Assembly (NCBI GenBank): GCA_964513155.1
Contig: CAZEMA010000003.1
Coordinates: forward strand, 1-62,681
Reading direction: 5' to 3'
DNA from: an uncultured Anaerolineaceae bacterium
Lineage (GTDB): Bacteria; Chloroflexota; Anaerolineae; Anaerolineales; E44-bin32
Length of the DNA: 62,681 nucleotides
Shown one piece after another: positions 9,593 through 20,054 of this stretch; the first letter of the stretch is position 1; the number at the start of each line of letters is the position of its first letter. The notes under the pieces are model-generated. The model did not search any database and was not told where the DNA came from. It saw nothing but the letters and a program-made list of their open reading frames with translations. Position numbers and translations under genes: made by a program.

Positions 9593-11356
9593 ATGCCTTT
9601 CACCATTGGTGAGAACGTCGGTCCCTACAGGGTCGTGCAGCAGCTTGGCCAGGGGGGCATGGCCACGGTCTACAAAGCCTATCACGCCGCCCTCGACCGC
9701 TACGTGGCGATGAAGGTGCTCCACGCGGCATTTCTGGAGGAGCCCAAGTTTCTCGCTCGCTTCAAGCGCGAGGCGCGCGTCGTGGCCAAGCTGGACCACC
9801 CCAACATCGTCCCGATCTACGACTACCCCGACCACAAGGGCCAACCGTACTTGGTAATGAAGTTCATCGAGGGGGAGACGCTCAAAGCCCGGCTGGCCCG
9901 GGGCCCGCTTTCCAAGCAGGAGGCGCTGGACATCATTGAGGCGGTCGGCGAGGCGCTGGGCTACGCCCACGAACGCGGCATCCTGCACCGGGACATCAAG
10001 CCCTCCAACATCCTGCTCAGCCCGGACGGCATGATCTACCTGGCCGACTTCGGCTTGGCCCGCATTGCCGAGTCCGGCGAGTCCACACTTTCCAGCGACA
10101 TGATGCTGGGCACCCCCCAGTACATCTCCCCGGAGCAGGCCCGAGGCGAGCGACAACTGGACGAGGGGACAGACATCTACTCATTCGGTGTCGTCCTTTA
10201 CGAGATGGTGGTGGGCCGCGTCCCTTTCAGCGCTGACACGCCTTTCTCGATCATCCACGACCACATCTACACCCCGCTTCCGATGCCGAGGTCCGTCAAC
10301 CCGCGGGTGCCAGAGGCTGCCGAGCGTGTGCTTCTCAAGGCGCTGGCCAAGGAACGCCGCGACCGCTTTCACACGGTAGGGGAGATGGTGTCCGCCTTCC
10401 GGGCCGCCGTAGCCGAGAGCACGCTGGAACAGATTCCCGACTTGCGCGCGATAACCGCCACCACGCCGGCCACCCGGCCGGGAACGCCGGAGGGTGCCAC
10501 GGCACGCGCCGCGGACGTGGCCGTGCCATTGCCTACCCCGGCCCCGATTCAACCCCCGCCAACGGCTCCGGCTACGTTCACCCCGCCGCCCCTGCCGACA
10601 TCGCCGTCCACGCCTCCGTTTCAGCAACTCACTTCTGTCACGCCGCCGCCGACAACTCCGGGGAGGCCTGCGAAACAGAAGCGCAGTTGGATCTGGGCTG
10701 CCGGAGGGCTGGGACTGACCTGCCTGTGTTTGCTGGTCTTCGCCTTTGTCGCCAATAGACAGCGTAGGAGCCAGCCCCCGGCTTCTAACCTGGAGGCGGC
10801 CAGGACGGCCGTGGCGGGCAATCCCCAGGACGCAGACGCACGGATGGCGCTGGCGACCGCCTACCAGGCGGACGGGCAGGTGCGCATTGCAGTGGGCGAG
10901 TATGTGGAGGCTGGGAATCTCTACAGGGCCAGCAGCAGATATGCGGAGGCGGCCCGGGCCTACGCCCAGGTTGTCGACATCCAGGGAGGGCCGGGTCAGG
11001 TGACCAACGAACTGATCGACCCGCTGATGGAATCGCTGTTCCTTGGGGCCACCAAAGAGAGCACTTGGGCGCTCGTCGAGAGCCTGCTCCAGAAGTATCC
11101 GGATTGGCTGCCGCTCCGCGCCGTGGCGGCCAGATCCTTCTTGCAGCAGCGACGTCCTGACGAGGCGATGCGTATGCTCGACGGTGTTCTGGCGGTGACA
11201 CCCCAAGACCCTGTGGCCAACGCGGTTATGGCAGAGCTGTACCTGACACAGGGAGACGGGGAGAGGGCGGCTCTGGTGGCCAACATCGTGCGGGGCCAGC
11301 CAGAGACCCCAGCGTGGCTCCGGCGACATCTGGACGCGTTGATACCGCCGCGGTAG
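9593..11356 (+). CDS. Ser/Thr protein kinase with Pro-rich linker, TM segment and C-terminal TPR-like region
   Basis: GQGGMATVYKA...VAMK, HRDIKPSNILL, DFGLA, GTPQYISPEQ kinase motifs. Confidence 0.85.
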   Translation: MPFTIGENVGPYRVVQQLGQGGMATVYKAYHAALDRYVAMKVLHAAFLEEPKFLARFKREARVVAKLDHPNIVPIYDYPDHKGQPYLVMKFIEGETLKARLARGPLSKQEALDIIEAVGEALGYAHERGILHRDIKPSNILLSPDGMIYLADFGLARIAESGESTLSSDMMLGTPQYISPEQARGERQLDEGTDIYSFGVVLYEMVVGRVPFSADTPFSIIHDHIYTPLPMPRSVNPRVPEAAERVLLKALAKERRDRFHTVGEMVSAFRAAVAESTLEQIPDLRAITATTPATRPGTPEGATARAADVAVPLPTPAPIQPPPTAPATFTPPPLPTSPSTPPFQQLTSVTPPPTTPGRPAKQKRSWIWAAGGLGLTCLCLLVFAFVANRQRRSQPPASNLEAARTAVAGNPQDADARMALATAYQADGQVRIAVGEYVEAGNLYRASSRYAEAARAYAQVVDIQGGPGQVTNELIDPLMESLFLGATKESTWALVESLLQKYPDWLPLRAVAARSFLQQRRPDEAMRMLDGVLAVTPQDPVANAVMAELYLTQGDGERAALVANIVRGQPETPAWLRRHLDALIPPR

Positions 11357-11369
11357 GCCATTTGAAGGC

Positions 11370-12131
11370 GTGCCCTCTTCTCTTTCGCCGTACCTCTGGT
11401 TCCTCTGCGCGCTGGGTGCCCTGATCCCCCTTCAGCAATGGCTGGACCGGCATCTCCAAGGATTGCTGCTGCTGGTCATGGGCAATCGGAAGCGGGCCTT
11501 TCGGGCCTATGCCGCCGTGCTCCTGCCGGGTGTGGCACTACATGAGGCCAGCCACTGGCTGGCGGCCCGCCTGGTCGGGGTGACCACGCAGGGCTTCTCT
11601 CTTCGTCCGGCGCGGCGGGCCGACGGCTCCTTCCGGCTGGGGTACGTCCAGACTGCCAAGGTTGATCCCCTGCGGTCGGTGATCATCGGGACTGCGCCTC
11701 TGATAGCCGGCGTCGCGGTTCTGATTCTCATAGGCTTCCGCGGGATGGGCCTTGACGCCTTGGGCGAGTCTGTCCTCGCCGGGGCCTGGGGGGAGGTTCC
11801 TATTCGAGTTCGAGGGATTCTGGCTACGCCCGGCCTGGGTTGGTGGCTGTACTTGGCGCTAGTCGTCAGCAACAGCATGATGCCCTCCGAGGCAGACCGG
11901 GCGTCCTGGCTACCCGCGGGCATCCTGCTTGCGGCGATCGGCGGGGCCGTGGCATACCTGGGTCTCGGACCGGCGCTGGCCTCTTGGGTGGAGCCGCCGC
12001 TTACGGCAGCCCTGAGGACTCTGGCGAGCGTCTTCACCCTGACCGCTGGGCTGGACGTCCTGTTTGGCCTGCCGTTGCGGTTCGCTGAGTGGCTGATTGG
12101 ACGGCTTGTCGGAAGGGAGATCGTCTACTGA
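11370..12131 (+). CDS. Polytopic membrane protein with HExxH (M50/site-2-protease-like?)
   Basis: GTG start 14 nt after the kinase stop. It has HEASHWLAARL (HExxH) within a TM region and a later NSMMPSEAD (NxxPxxxD-like) stretch. Confidence 0.45.
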   Translation: MPSSLSPYLWFLCALGALIPLQQWLDRHLQGLLLLVMGNRKRAFRAYAAVLLPGVALHEASHWLAARLVGVTTQGFSLRPARRADGSFRLGYVQTAKVDPLRSVIIGTAPLIAGVAVLILIGFRGMGLDALGESVLAGAWGEVPIRVRGILATPGLGWWLYLALVVSNSMMPSEADRASWLPAGILLAAIGGAVAYLGLGPALASWVEPPLTAALRTLASVFTLTAGLDVLFGLPLRFAEWLIGRLVGREIVY

Positions 12132-12173
12132 GGAAGGCGCCGCCCCCTGCAGGCTACGCCGGCTACCGTCCGG

Positions 12174-12806
12174 TCAAGCCGTGCCGAACAGGCGGTCACC
12201 AGCATCACCCAGACCCGGGACGATGTAGGCGGCCTCGTTGAGATGGTCGTCGACGGCGGCCAGGTGAATCGGCACCTCGGGATGCTTGCTGTGCAGGCAC
12301 AGGATCCCTTCCGGTGCCCCGATGAGCCCCACGAATTTGATCTTGCGCACTCCCCAACGCTTGAGGATGTCGACGGTGGCGACGGCGGATCCGCCCGTCG
12401 CCAGCATGGGATCGAGGATCAGGACGACGGAGACCGTCGGTTCGACAGGGAGCTTGTTGTAGTACTGAACGGGCTTGAGGGTTCGTTCATCGCGATAGAG
12501 CCCGATGTGCCAGACCTCGGCGGAAGGCATCAACTCCCAAACGCCCTCCACCATGCCCAAGCCTGCTCGCAGGATGGGGACCAATCCAATCTTCTCGATC
12601 AGCTGCTTCCCATCGGTCTCGGCCAACGGCGTCTGCACCCGCACTGGGCCCGTGGCCAGGTCGAGCGTAGCCTCGTAGGCCAGCAGCGCCGAGATCTCGC
12701 GCAGCAGCTCCCGGAACTTCTTGGGGTTTGTGTCTTTGTCGCGAAGCTTGCTCAGCTTGTGGGCGACAAGAGGGTGTGCGGAAGGGAACAGGTTGTCGAG
12801 TTCCAT
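12174..12806 (-). CDS. upp: Uracil phosphoribosyltransferase
   Basis: [14 protein letters not shown]-terminus and the PRPP loop [15 protein letters not shown]. Start at MELDN (12806), 8 nt after the upstream stop. Confidence 0.9.
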   Translation of the reverse strand: MELDNLFPSAHPLVAHKLSKLRDKDTNPKKFRELLREISALLAYEATLDLATGPVRVQTPLAETDGKQLIEKIGLVPILRAGLGMVEGVWELMPSAEVWHIGLYRDERTLKPVQYYNKLPVEPTVSVVLILDPMLATGGSAVATVDILKRWGVRKIKFVGLIGAPEGILCLHSKHPEVPIHLAAVDDHLNEAAYIVPGLGDAGDRLFGTA

Positions 12807-12813
12807 GACCACC

Positions 12814-15210
12814 TCAGGCGCTCTCGCCGTCGTGGGCCAGGCCCTTACGGTGGAGCACAACAGCCGTCAGATCGTCCTCCAGGTATTGGAGACAACAGAA
12901 GTTGGAGACCCGATCGGCAATCGCCTCGGCTACGGCCTGGGCATGCCACTCGGGTATGCCCTGCACGAGGTTCTCCAAGCGTTGGACGCCAAAAAACTGG
13001 CCATCGGAGTCCATCGCCTCAGTCACTCCGTCGGTGTAGAGAACGAGCATGGACCCTGGAGCCATCGTCAGGGTGTGAGTCTGGTAGCTCAGACCCTGGT
13101 TGACCCCCAGCACCATCCCGTGCTGCGACAGGCGCACGGGCGGCTGCTCGGGAAGGAACAACAGCGGAGGATTGTGCCCCCCGTTGGCATACCTCAGCCT
13201 GGCGGCAAGTGGCTCCCAGACGGCGTAGAAGACGCTGACAAACATGTCCGCCTTCGAGTCGGCGAAGATCAGCTCGTTGAGCCGCTCCAGGACCAGGCCC
13301 GGCTCGACGCGGCTGATGGCGATAGAGCGCAGGAGGGTGCGGCAGAGGGCCATGAACAGGGCGGCAGGCACGCCTTTGTCGGCGACGTCGGCGATGACGA
13401 TGCCCCAGCGTGGTCCGTCGGGGCCTGGGGTGAGAGGGATGAAGTCGTAGAAGTCTCCGCCCACTTCCCGGGCGACCAGCCAGGTGGTGGCGATCTCCCA
13501 GCCAGGATGGGAGGGGAGATGGCTGGGTAGGAAGCTTTCCTGGATCTCGCGTGCCATGGCCAGCTCGTGTTCGAGGGATCGGCGAGCAGCTGCGGCCTCG
13601 ATCAGGCGAGTATTCTCCAGCCGCAGTGAGATCTGGTGGGCGATGCTCACCAGGAGGGACAGGCGGCGCCCCGCCAGTTCCTGTCCTTCCAGAAGGAGGA
13701 TGCCCAGGAGGGAGGTGCCGTCGCTCAGAGTGACGGCCGTAGCCTCCCGTGCATCCAGAGGATCGGCCAACGCCACCGGCAGCCGGACTCGGGAGGGGGC
13801 CTCGCTTTCGAAGGGCGGCTGGATGCCCAAGCTGGAGGGAGCGATGCGCTGGCCGGCCAGCGTATCCTGCATCTGGCGGCGGAGTCCGGAGACGGGGCCA
13901 AGGCGCAGCAATTCCTCGGGCCCTTCGGGCAAGAGCAGGACCGCCCAGGTCGCGCCGGCCAGAAGAGTCGTCAACTGCAGCACGGCCTGGAGCGCCTCCT
14001 CGACGTCGCCGGGTTGGGCCGCATGCCGGGCGACCTCGAGAAGGACGGTTGTCGTCCAGGCCTCCTCCTGTTGCTGAGCGAAGTTGCGCGCCTCGAGCGT
14101 CGCCAGCGCCAAGTGGGCGGCGACGGTCTCCGCCAGGGCGACGTGCTCCGGTGAGAAGGAGTCGTGGCTATCGCTTAGGATGTCGAGAACGCCCAGGACG
14201 CGGTCTTCGACCTTGAGGGGGATCGCCAGTTCCGCCAGGCCCCGGGCGGGATCGGGAGCGGCCGGACCATCCACCTTCTCCGGTGCCGCAGTTCGCGTCT
14301 GGGTCTTGCCCTGCTCGGCTGCCTTGTTTACCAGTGCCTCTGGCGTGGCAACGGGGAGTGTTTTGACATCGACGTCGGACCGCGAGGAGGCGCGCAGGAG
14401 GAGACCCTCAGGAGTGGTCTCGAAGACGCGGACGGAGTAGTACTCGAGCCCTTGCGAGACCAACGAGGCGACCTGGCCGAAAAGCTCCGGCAGTGGCTGG
14501 AGCGAGACCAGGCGGCGGGAGATGTCCTCGATCAGCAGGAGTTGGATGGAGCGAAACTCAAGCTGTGACTTGAGATTGGTGGTGGCGAGAGCGGAGGCGA
14601 CGGCGTTCGCCACAATGGTGAGCAGTCGCAAGTGATGGTCGGAAAACGCCTTCCGCTTCCGGCTCTGGATGGCCACGATCCCGATGACCTGATCACCCAC
14701 CTGCAGTGGCACGAAGATGCCCGAGGCGGGCGGATCGGGGGATTCATAGGAAGGCTGGGCTGGCAGGTGGTCGCGCTCGCTCTCGAAATCGCTGACGAGC
14801 AGCGGGCGGCCGTTCTGCCGAACCCAACCGACAAGACCATCCTGCCCGGGCAGGGGAGCGAAGTCCTGGTTGTCGAGGCGCTCACCGTCGCGCACCCAGA
14901 TGAGTGTCTGATAGTTGCTGGCCTCGAAGACGCCCATCTGGAAGAAGTCCGTCTCAAGCAGGCGGGCAGTCTCCTGATAGGCGACTTCCGCCAGCTCCTC
15001 CAGATCGAGGGGCGCGACGGCAAAGGCCTTCCCGATGTTGGCCAGCTCTGCAAGTTCGGTGGCTCGCCGCTGGAGAGCCCTGCGGGAGAGGTAGAGGCTC
15101 AGCAGAACGGCCAGCGCCAGGAGAAGGGCCGCGCCCAGAACGACGTAGTCGTAGGGGTGGGGGAGGTTGGACGCCAACCGGACAAACGCCTGCGCGATCG
15201 AGCCGGACAC
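12814..15210 (-). CDS. PP2C/SpoIIE-type serine phosphatase with N-terminal TM and tandem GAF-like domains (RsbU-like)
   Basis: The C-terminus (REIQESFLP...GGDFYDF...[14 protein letters not shown]...[11 protein letters not shown]) is SpoIIE/PP2C-like. GTG start at 15210. Confidence 0.8.
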   Translation of the reverse strand: MSGSIAQAFVRLASNLPHPYDYVVLGAALLLALAVLLSLYLSRRALQRRATELAELANIGKAFAVAPLDLEELAEVAYQETARLLETDFFQMGVFEASNYQTLIWVRDGERLDNQDFAPLPGQDGLVGWVRQNGRPLLVSDFESERDHLPAQPSYESPDPPASGIFVPLQVGDQVIGIVAIQSRKRKAFSDHHLRLLTIVANAVASALATTNLKSQLEFRSIQLLLIEDISRRLVSLQPLPELFGQVASLVSQGLEYYSVRVFETTPEGLLLRASSRSDVDVKTLPVATPEALVNKAAEQGKTQTRTAAPEKVDGPAAPDPARGLAELAIPLKVEDRVLGVLDILSDSHDSFSPEHVALAETVAAHLALATLEARNFAQQQEEAWTTTVLLEVARHAAQPGDVEEALQAVLQLTTLLAGATWAVLLLPEGPEELLRLGPVSGLRRQMQDTLAGQRIAPSSLGIQPPFESEAPSRVRLPVALADPLDAREATAVTLSDGTSLLGILLLEGQELAGRRLSLLVSIAHQISLRLENTRLIEAAAARRSLEHELAMAREIQESFLPSHLPSHPGWEIATTWLVAREVGGDFYDFIPLTPGPDGPRWGIVIADVADKGVPAALFMALCRTLLRSIAISRVEPGLVLERLNELIFADSKADMFVSVFYAVWEPLAARLRYANGGHNPPLLFLPEQPPVRLSQHGMVLGVNQGLSYQTHTLTMAPGSMLVLYTDGVTEAMDSDGQFFGVQRLENLVQGIPEWHAQAVAEAIADRVSNFCCLQYLEDDLTAVVLHRKGLAHDGESA

Positions 15211-15224
15211 AGATTCCCGTCCCT

Positions 15225-15647
15225 TCAGGACGCGGGAGGCTGACAGCGCTTGCGCAACCTCAGCCTGTTGCGCCCGGCTTGCCGGTGATACTCGACCTCG
15301 TCCATCACGCGATGGATGATCAGTAGGCCGAGGCCTCCGACCGGAGGGTCCTCCGCGGTCCAGTCCGGTGGTTGGGGTCTGGAGGCCGGGTTGAACGGTG
15401 GGGCGCTGTCCTCAAGCTCGATGGTCAGCTCCCCCGGCCTGGCGCGTGCGACAACGGAGATCCCATCCGCCTCTGACCCGGCGTAGCCGTGCTTGATGAT
15501 ATTCTCGCATGCTTCGGCGACAGCCAGCTCGCAGGCATAGGTGGTCTTGCGATCAAAGCCAGCGCTTCGGGCCGCACGGGCGACAAGGGAACAGACTCGT
15601 TCAATCTGATCGAGGCGAGCAGCAATGGTCAGGCTCTGGTCGGCCAT
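15225..15647 (-). CDS. Anti-sigma regulatory factor / Ser-protein kinase (RsbW/SpoIIAB-like, HATPase_c)
   Basis: ELAVAEACENIIKHGY...DSAPPFNP...GGLGLLIIHRVMD. Start at MADQS (15647). The upstream ORF extension runs into the repeat element. Confidence 0.75.
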   Translation of the reverse strand: MADQSLTIAARLDQIERVCSLVARAARSAGFDRKTTYACELAVAEACENIIKHGYAGSEADGISVVARARPGELTIELEDSAPPFNPASRPQPPDWTAEDPPVGGLGLLIIHRVMDEVEYHRQAGRNRLRLRKRCQPPAS

Positions 15648-15654
15648 AGGAGGC

Positions 15655-15782
15655 CTAGCAGGGTGATGAAAAGTCGCCTTGCCCGGAGAAGAAAACCGCA
15701 TAAGTAGTGGTCGGGGCGAAGCCCCAACCACCACAGGTATGAATTCCTTCCACCAAGCAGGGCTTTCTCATCACACTCCTAG
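15655..15782. mobile_element. MITE-like element, copy A (128 bp, CTAG at both ends, terminal inverted repeats, central GC hairpin)
   Basis: CTAGCAGGGTGATGAAAAG...central GTGGTCGGGGC-GAA-GCCCCAACCACCAC...CTCATCACACTCCTAG. By eye it is very similar (roughly 80-85% of positions) to the reverse complement of copy B (40238-40364). Confidence 0.65.
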
Positions 15783-16111
15783 AACGAGGCGATGGCGATC
15801 TCGCGGGTGGGGAAGGCCTTGAACAGCGCGTCCAGACCGGCGATAGCGATCGACTCGGCGGCCTGCTCTGCCGGCTGTGCCAGAACCAGCTCACCGCCCA
15901 CCTGACGCACTAGCTTGAGGGTATTGACCATGACCCGCAGGCCGCTGGACGACAAGAAGTCGACGCCGGCCAGATCCAGCGCGAGGTTGTGGTGCCCCTT
16001 GTCGACAAGCCCTTTCATGGCGATGTCCAGCTCTTCAGAGGTCGTCGAGTCGATTCGTCCCCTCAGCGTGAGGATCGCAACGCGCTTGTACTCCTGGATG
16101 GAGATATCCAC
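15779..16111 (-). CDS. STAS-domain anti-sigma-factor antagonist (RsbV/SpoIIAA-like)
   Basis: The LDLAGVDFLSSSGLRVMV motif includes the phosphorylatable Ser context. 110 aa. Confidence 0.8.
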   Translation of the reverse strand: MDISIQEYKRVAILTLRGRIDSTTSEELDIAMKGLVDKGHHNLALDLAGVDFLSSSGLRVMVNTLKLVRQVGGELVLAQPAEQAAESIAIAGLDALFKAFPTREIAIASF

Positions 16112-16132
16112 GGGTGCCTCCTGATGGCGGGT

Positions 16133-17104
16133 CTATAGGCTGCGACGGACGACGAACCGGGCGAGTTCACCAAGAGCCTCGCGCTCAGGGGTATCGGGCA
16201 TTCCGGCCAAGGCGCTGCCGGCTTTCAGCGCCAGCTCCTCCGCCTCCTGGAGCGACTTCTCGATCGCGCCCGATCCCCGGATGGAGTCGACCAGCCGCAG
16301 GAGCAGGCGCTCCTCCAGCTGGCGGCCTTCCAGGATCTGGGCCAGATTGGCATCGGCCGGATGAGTCTCGAGGTAGCACAGTGCCGGAAGGGTGATCAGA
16401 CCTTGCCTGAGGTCGCTGGCAACCGGCTTGCCGACCTGTTCCTGGTCACCGACGAAGTCGAGCACGTCATCAACGATCTGGAACGCCAGACCGACGTAGT
16501 AGCCGTACGCTTTCATGGCGGCAATCGGATCTGGACCGCGATCGCTGAGCATCGCGGCCGCCTCCGTCGCCAGCTCGAAGAGTGAGGCCGTCTTGGCATG
16601 GATGCGGCTGAAGTACTCTTCCCGGGACTCGGCTCCGGGCTCGCGGAAGAGCTGAGCGATCTCGCCGTTGACGATGGTCATCAGCGTTTGTGCAAAGACC
16701 TCCATCAGAGGCAGAGAGCCGGTCTGGGCCGCCAGCTGAGCCGCCCGGGCGAAGACATAGTCGCCGGTGAGGACAGTTGCCCCCGGCGTCCAGCGGGCGT
16801 TGAGCGTTGGCAGGCCGCGCCGCAACAGGGAGCCGTCGATCAGGTCGTCGTGGACCAGCGTGGCGGTGTGGAGCATCTCAATCGCGGCCGCCAGGGTGAC
16901 TGTGCGATCGGGGTCAGCCCCGAGCATGGTGCCAGTGAGCAGGGTGAGCGTGGGCCGAATCCGCTTTCCCCCCGAGGATAGCAATTGCCCGATCGCCGCG
17001 TCCAGGTCTGGGTGATGCGGGCTTTCACCGAGGCGCATGCGCGCTTCAACCTGTTTCATCGGCGTACGAACGAGATCAAAAAAGGCAACCGTGGTCGTTT
17101 CCAT
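16133..17104 (-). CDS. Polyprenyl diphosphate synthase (trans-IPPS, IspB/HepT-like)
   Basis: Two Asp-rich motifs: LVHDDLID and FQIVDDVLDF. Confidence 0.85.
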   Translation of the reverse strand: METTTVAFFDLVRTPMKQVEARMRLGESPHHPDLDAAIGQLLSSGGKRIRPTLTLLTGTMLGADPDRTVTLAAAIEMLHTATLVHDDLIDGSLLRRGLPTLNARWTPGATVLTGDYVFARAAQLAAQTGSLPLMEVFAQTLMTIVNGEIAQLFREPGAESREEYFSRIHAKTASLFELATEAAAMLSDRGPDPIAAMKAYGYYVGLAFQIVDDVLDFVGDQEQVGKPVASDLRQGLITLPALCYLETHPADANLAQILEGRQLEERLLLRLVDSIRGSGAIEKSLQEAEELALKAGSALAGMPDTPEREALGELARFVVRRSL

Positions 17105-17906
17105 GATTCCAGCCGAACAGGACCGCAGCATTGGCCGTGGTTGCTTGTGCCACAGCCTCGATCGGCAAGTTTAGCGTCTCCGACAGCGCCCCGGCCACCA
17201 GCCGGACAAAGGCCGGTTCGTTCCGTTCCCCCCGGTGGGCCTGGGGGGGCAGATAGGGCGAGTCGGTCTCGATCACCAAGCGGTCGATCGGGAGCCGGGC
17301 CACAAGCGCGCGGCGCCCAGCCGCATTGGGGTACGTCACCGGTCCGGCCACCCCCACATAGAAGCCTGCGGCAATGGCTCTCTCCGCATCGGCCAGCTCG
17401 GCTGAGAAGGCATGTAAGACCCCGGCCCTGTCGGCGAGCCTCGGTCCGAGGCCTTGCGCCCAGGGCAGAAGGTCGCCGAGCAGATCCTGGGTCGCCTGCC
17501 GGTTATGGACGACAACTGGCAGGCCTGCCTCGGCGGCGAGGTCGAGCTGCGCCCGGAACGCTTCCCGCTGCTGCGGCCGAGGCGAACGATCCCGGTAGTA
17601 GTCCAGGCCGATCTCACCGATGGCTACCACCCGCCCAGACTGCACCAGGTCGCGCAACCCCTGTGCGCAGGCCTCGGTCCACTCCCGCGCCGAATGGGGG
17701 TGTACACCCACCGCGGCATAGATGTCGCTGTGGGCTTCGGCCAGCCGCACCGCCTCCCGGCTGGAAGCCAGATCGGTGCCAGGCACCAGCAGCCGCTCGA
17801 CGCCGGCGTCCCGCGAGCGTTGCAGAACGGCCAAACAGTCCGCAGAGAATTCCGGCAGGACGAGATGGCAGTGGGTGTCCGCCAGGGGCTGAGCCTCAAC
17901 CGTCAT
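17076..17906 (-). CDS. tatD: TatD-family metal-dependent hydrolase
   Basis: [23 protein letters not shown] and ETDSPYL motifs. The ATG overlaps the upstream stop (ATGA at 17903-17906). Confidence 0.85.
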   Translation of the reverse strand: MTVEAQPLADTHCHLVLPEFSADCLAVLQRSRDAGVERLLVPGTDLASSREAVRLAEAHSDIYAAVGVHPHSAREWTEACAQGLRDLVQSGRVVAIGEIGLDYYRDRSPRPQQREAFRAQLDLAAEAGLPVVVHNRQATQDLLGDLLPWAQGLGPRLADRAGVLHAFSAELADAERAIAAGFYVGVAGPVTYPNAAGRRALVARLPIDRLVIETDSPYLPPQAHRGERNEPAFVRLVAGALSETLNLPIEAVAQATTANAAVLFGWNHGNDHGCLF

Positions 17907-19330
17907 TTGACCCCGGCGACATGCAGCCCGTCCTGCAAGATGGCCTGGACGCTTTCGGGCCGGGTGGTCTCGCAATAGACCCGGACAATCTGCTCCGTGC
18001 CCGAGAACCGGATTAGCACCCAGCCACCGTCCTCTAGACAGAACTTGTAGCCGTCCTGCGAGTTGAGCCCGGTCACCCGGAGGCCGCCAAAGCGCTCGGG
18101 ATGGGAGTTCAGAATCGCCTGCTGTCGCGCCGCCCTTTCGGACGGGGAGAGCGGCGAATCAATCCTACCATAGTAGTGCGGGCCGACGATGGCGAATAGC
18201 CTCTCTACCAACTGAGAGGGCCTGCACTGAAGCCTGACCATGCTATCCAGCAAGTAAAGGCCCGCCAGAATCCCATCCCGTTCGGGCACGTGGTTTCGGA
18301 AAGCGTAGCCGCCCGACTCCTCCCCGCCGATCATGGCATTGACCTCGAGCATCTTCGGGGCAACGTACTTGAAGCCCACGCCAGTCTCGTAGATGGGGAT
18401 GGAGTAGATCCGGCCGAGCTTGTCGAGCATAGACGTTGTGGACAGGGTCTTGACGATCGGGCCCCGTTCGCCTCGGACTTCCAGGAAGTAGTAGGCGATT
18501 AGGCCGTAGACCCGCAGTTGGTCGATGAAGTGCCCGTTCTCGTCGCCCAGCCCCACGCGGTCGGCGTCGCCGTCGGTGATCAGCAGCACGTCCGCCCGGT
18601 TAGCGACCGTGGCTTGGAGGCCGACGTCGATGTTGGGGGGGATCGGTTCGGGCCTGACCATTTCTGGGAAGAGCGGGTGCCGCTGATTGTGGATCTCGAT
18701 CACCCGGGTCGAGCCTCCCTGCAGCAGGCGCGGGAACCACCCTAACCCATTGCCCCACATGGCGTCGACCAGGACCGTCAGTCCCGCCTGCCTCAGCCTG
18801 GGCAGGTCGACCAGGTCCTGGATGTGGGAGATGTAGGCGGGAGCCGGGTCGAACTTGTGGATCTGCCCGCTGGCTAGCCCTTCGGCCAGAGGCAGGGATC
18901 GCGCCTGGTCGACGTCCGGGGGAATAGCCGCCTCGATCTGGTTCAGGCCCTGGGGATCGATGGCGCCGCCGAACCGGTTGCGCACCTTGAAGCCGTTGTC
19001 ACTGGCCGGATTGTGGGAGGCGGTGATGTTGACGGCGCCGGCAGCACCCTGATGGACGATCGAGAAGGCAATAACCGGCGTCGGCGTGGCCGTCTCGGTG
19101 AGGAGTACCGGGAACCCGTTCCCAGCCAGGACCTCGGCCGCAGCGGCAGCGAAGTCCTCAGAGGCAAAGCGCATGTCGTAGCCGACGACAACCGGCTTAG
19201 TGGGGCCTTCGGTAGAGAGCAGGTAGGTTGCGAATCCCTGGGTGCAGCGCCGGACCGCGGCCACGGTGTAGTCATCGGCGATGCGGCCCCGCCAGCCGTC
19301 GGTGCCGAAGATGATCCGGGTAGAAGCCAT
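17903..19330 (-). CDS. Phosphoglucomutase/phosphomannomutase family protein
   Basis: FGTDGWRG N-terminus, phosphoserine loop [20 protein letters not shown] metal loop. Start at MASTR (19330). Confidence 0.85.
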   Translation of the reverse strand: MASTRIIFGTDGWRGRIADDYTVAAVRRCTQGFATYLLSTEGPTKPVVVGYDMRFASEDFAAAAAEVLAGNGFPVLLTETATPTPVIAFSIVHQGAAGAVNITASHNPASDNGFKVRNRFGGAIDPQGLNQIEAAIPPDVDQARSLPLAEGLASGQIHKFDPAPAYISHIQDLVDLPRLRQAGLTVLVDAMWGNGLGWFPRLLQGGSTRVIEIHNQRHPLFPEMVRPEPIPPNIDVGLQATVANRADVLLITDGDADRVGLGDENGHFIDQLRVYGLIAYYFLEVRGERGPIVKTLSTTSMLDKLGRIYSIPIYETGVGFKYVAPKMLEVNAMIGGEESGGYAFRNHVPERDGILAGLYLLDSMVRLQCRPSQLVERLFAIVGPHYYGRIDSPLSPSERAARQQAILNSHPERFGGLRVTGLNSQDGYKFCLEDGGWVLIRFSGTEQIVRVYCETTRPESVQAILQDGLHVAGVK

Positions 19331-19507
19331 GCTGCCTTCCGAGCAGTATTCCAAGGATGAGGAGGATCTCCGGAGGAACAGCCCCGTCAAACCACGCTCA
19401 CCGGCACCGGGAGGAATCTGACGCCACAACTTGCTCGTCAGCCCCGCGCGCCACGTGACGGGGTTGTCAACAGCGGCTGCCTTCCCTAGAGCATCCGGCG
19501 TCGGGTC

Positions 19508-19513
19508 ATTATA
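19508..19513 (-). promoter_or_regulatory. -10 box TATAAT (minus strand), candidate PGM/PMM promoter
   Basis: An isolated TATAAT about 180 nt upstream of the ATG at 19330. Confidence 0.3.
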
Positions 19514-19946
19514 CCTCGGAAAACGGGCCGAGGAATCGCGTCGCGGGGCAGGATTGCCAGCGCGTATCGTCAGGTGCCATGGTGGCGCAGGGTGTGCGCG
19601 CCCGCCCTCCCCACAGCCAGGAATAGCCGGCGATCGGCCTTGCCTCGGGGGGCTCGCGCGGGCGGGGGGCCGTCCCCCGCACCCACCTGCACCGCACCTG
19701 CGGTGCGCCGCAGGTGCAGGTGTGCGGTTCGGGGCAGGTGTCGCCCCTGTGGAGTGCGAGGGGCGATCTTCGTGTGCGGGCCGCCGTCATCGGCGGCCCG
19801 TGGATGGCCCGAGAGCACAGAGCCCCGCCGCGGACGGCGGGGGAGCAAGGGGCCGGTATCGTCCAAGGGGATCGAGGACACGTGAATCCTCCGGCTGTCT
19901 CATATGTCCTGAACCCATACGCGACATTGTCGGGTGGGGTAGGCTG

Positions 19947-19955
19947 TGGTACACT
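19947..19955 (+). promoter_or_regulatory. Extended -10 TGGTACACT upstream of rpsF
   Basis: About 100 nt upstream of the rpsF ATG. It leaves room for an rpsF-type leader. Confidence 0.35.
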
Positions 19956-20054
19956 GCAACCGTTGCCGTGTGCCCACGCGGCGCACGCTTTCCGCTCCCA
20001 CCGGCGCTGCTCAGCGTGAAGGCGGGGGCAATCCCGAGGAAAGGAGGGACACCC

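Noticed and set aside
19431-20054. 208-aa upstream extension of the rpsF ORF
   Set aside because: S6 starts at MRNYELAY (20055) behind an AAGGAGGG RBS. The extension is palindrome-rich non-coding DNA.
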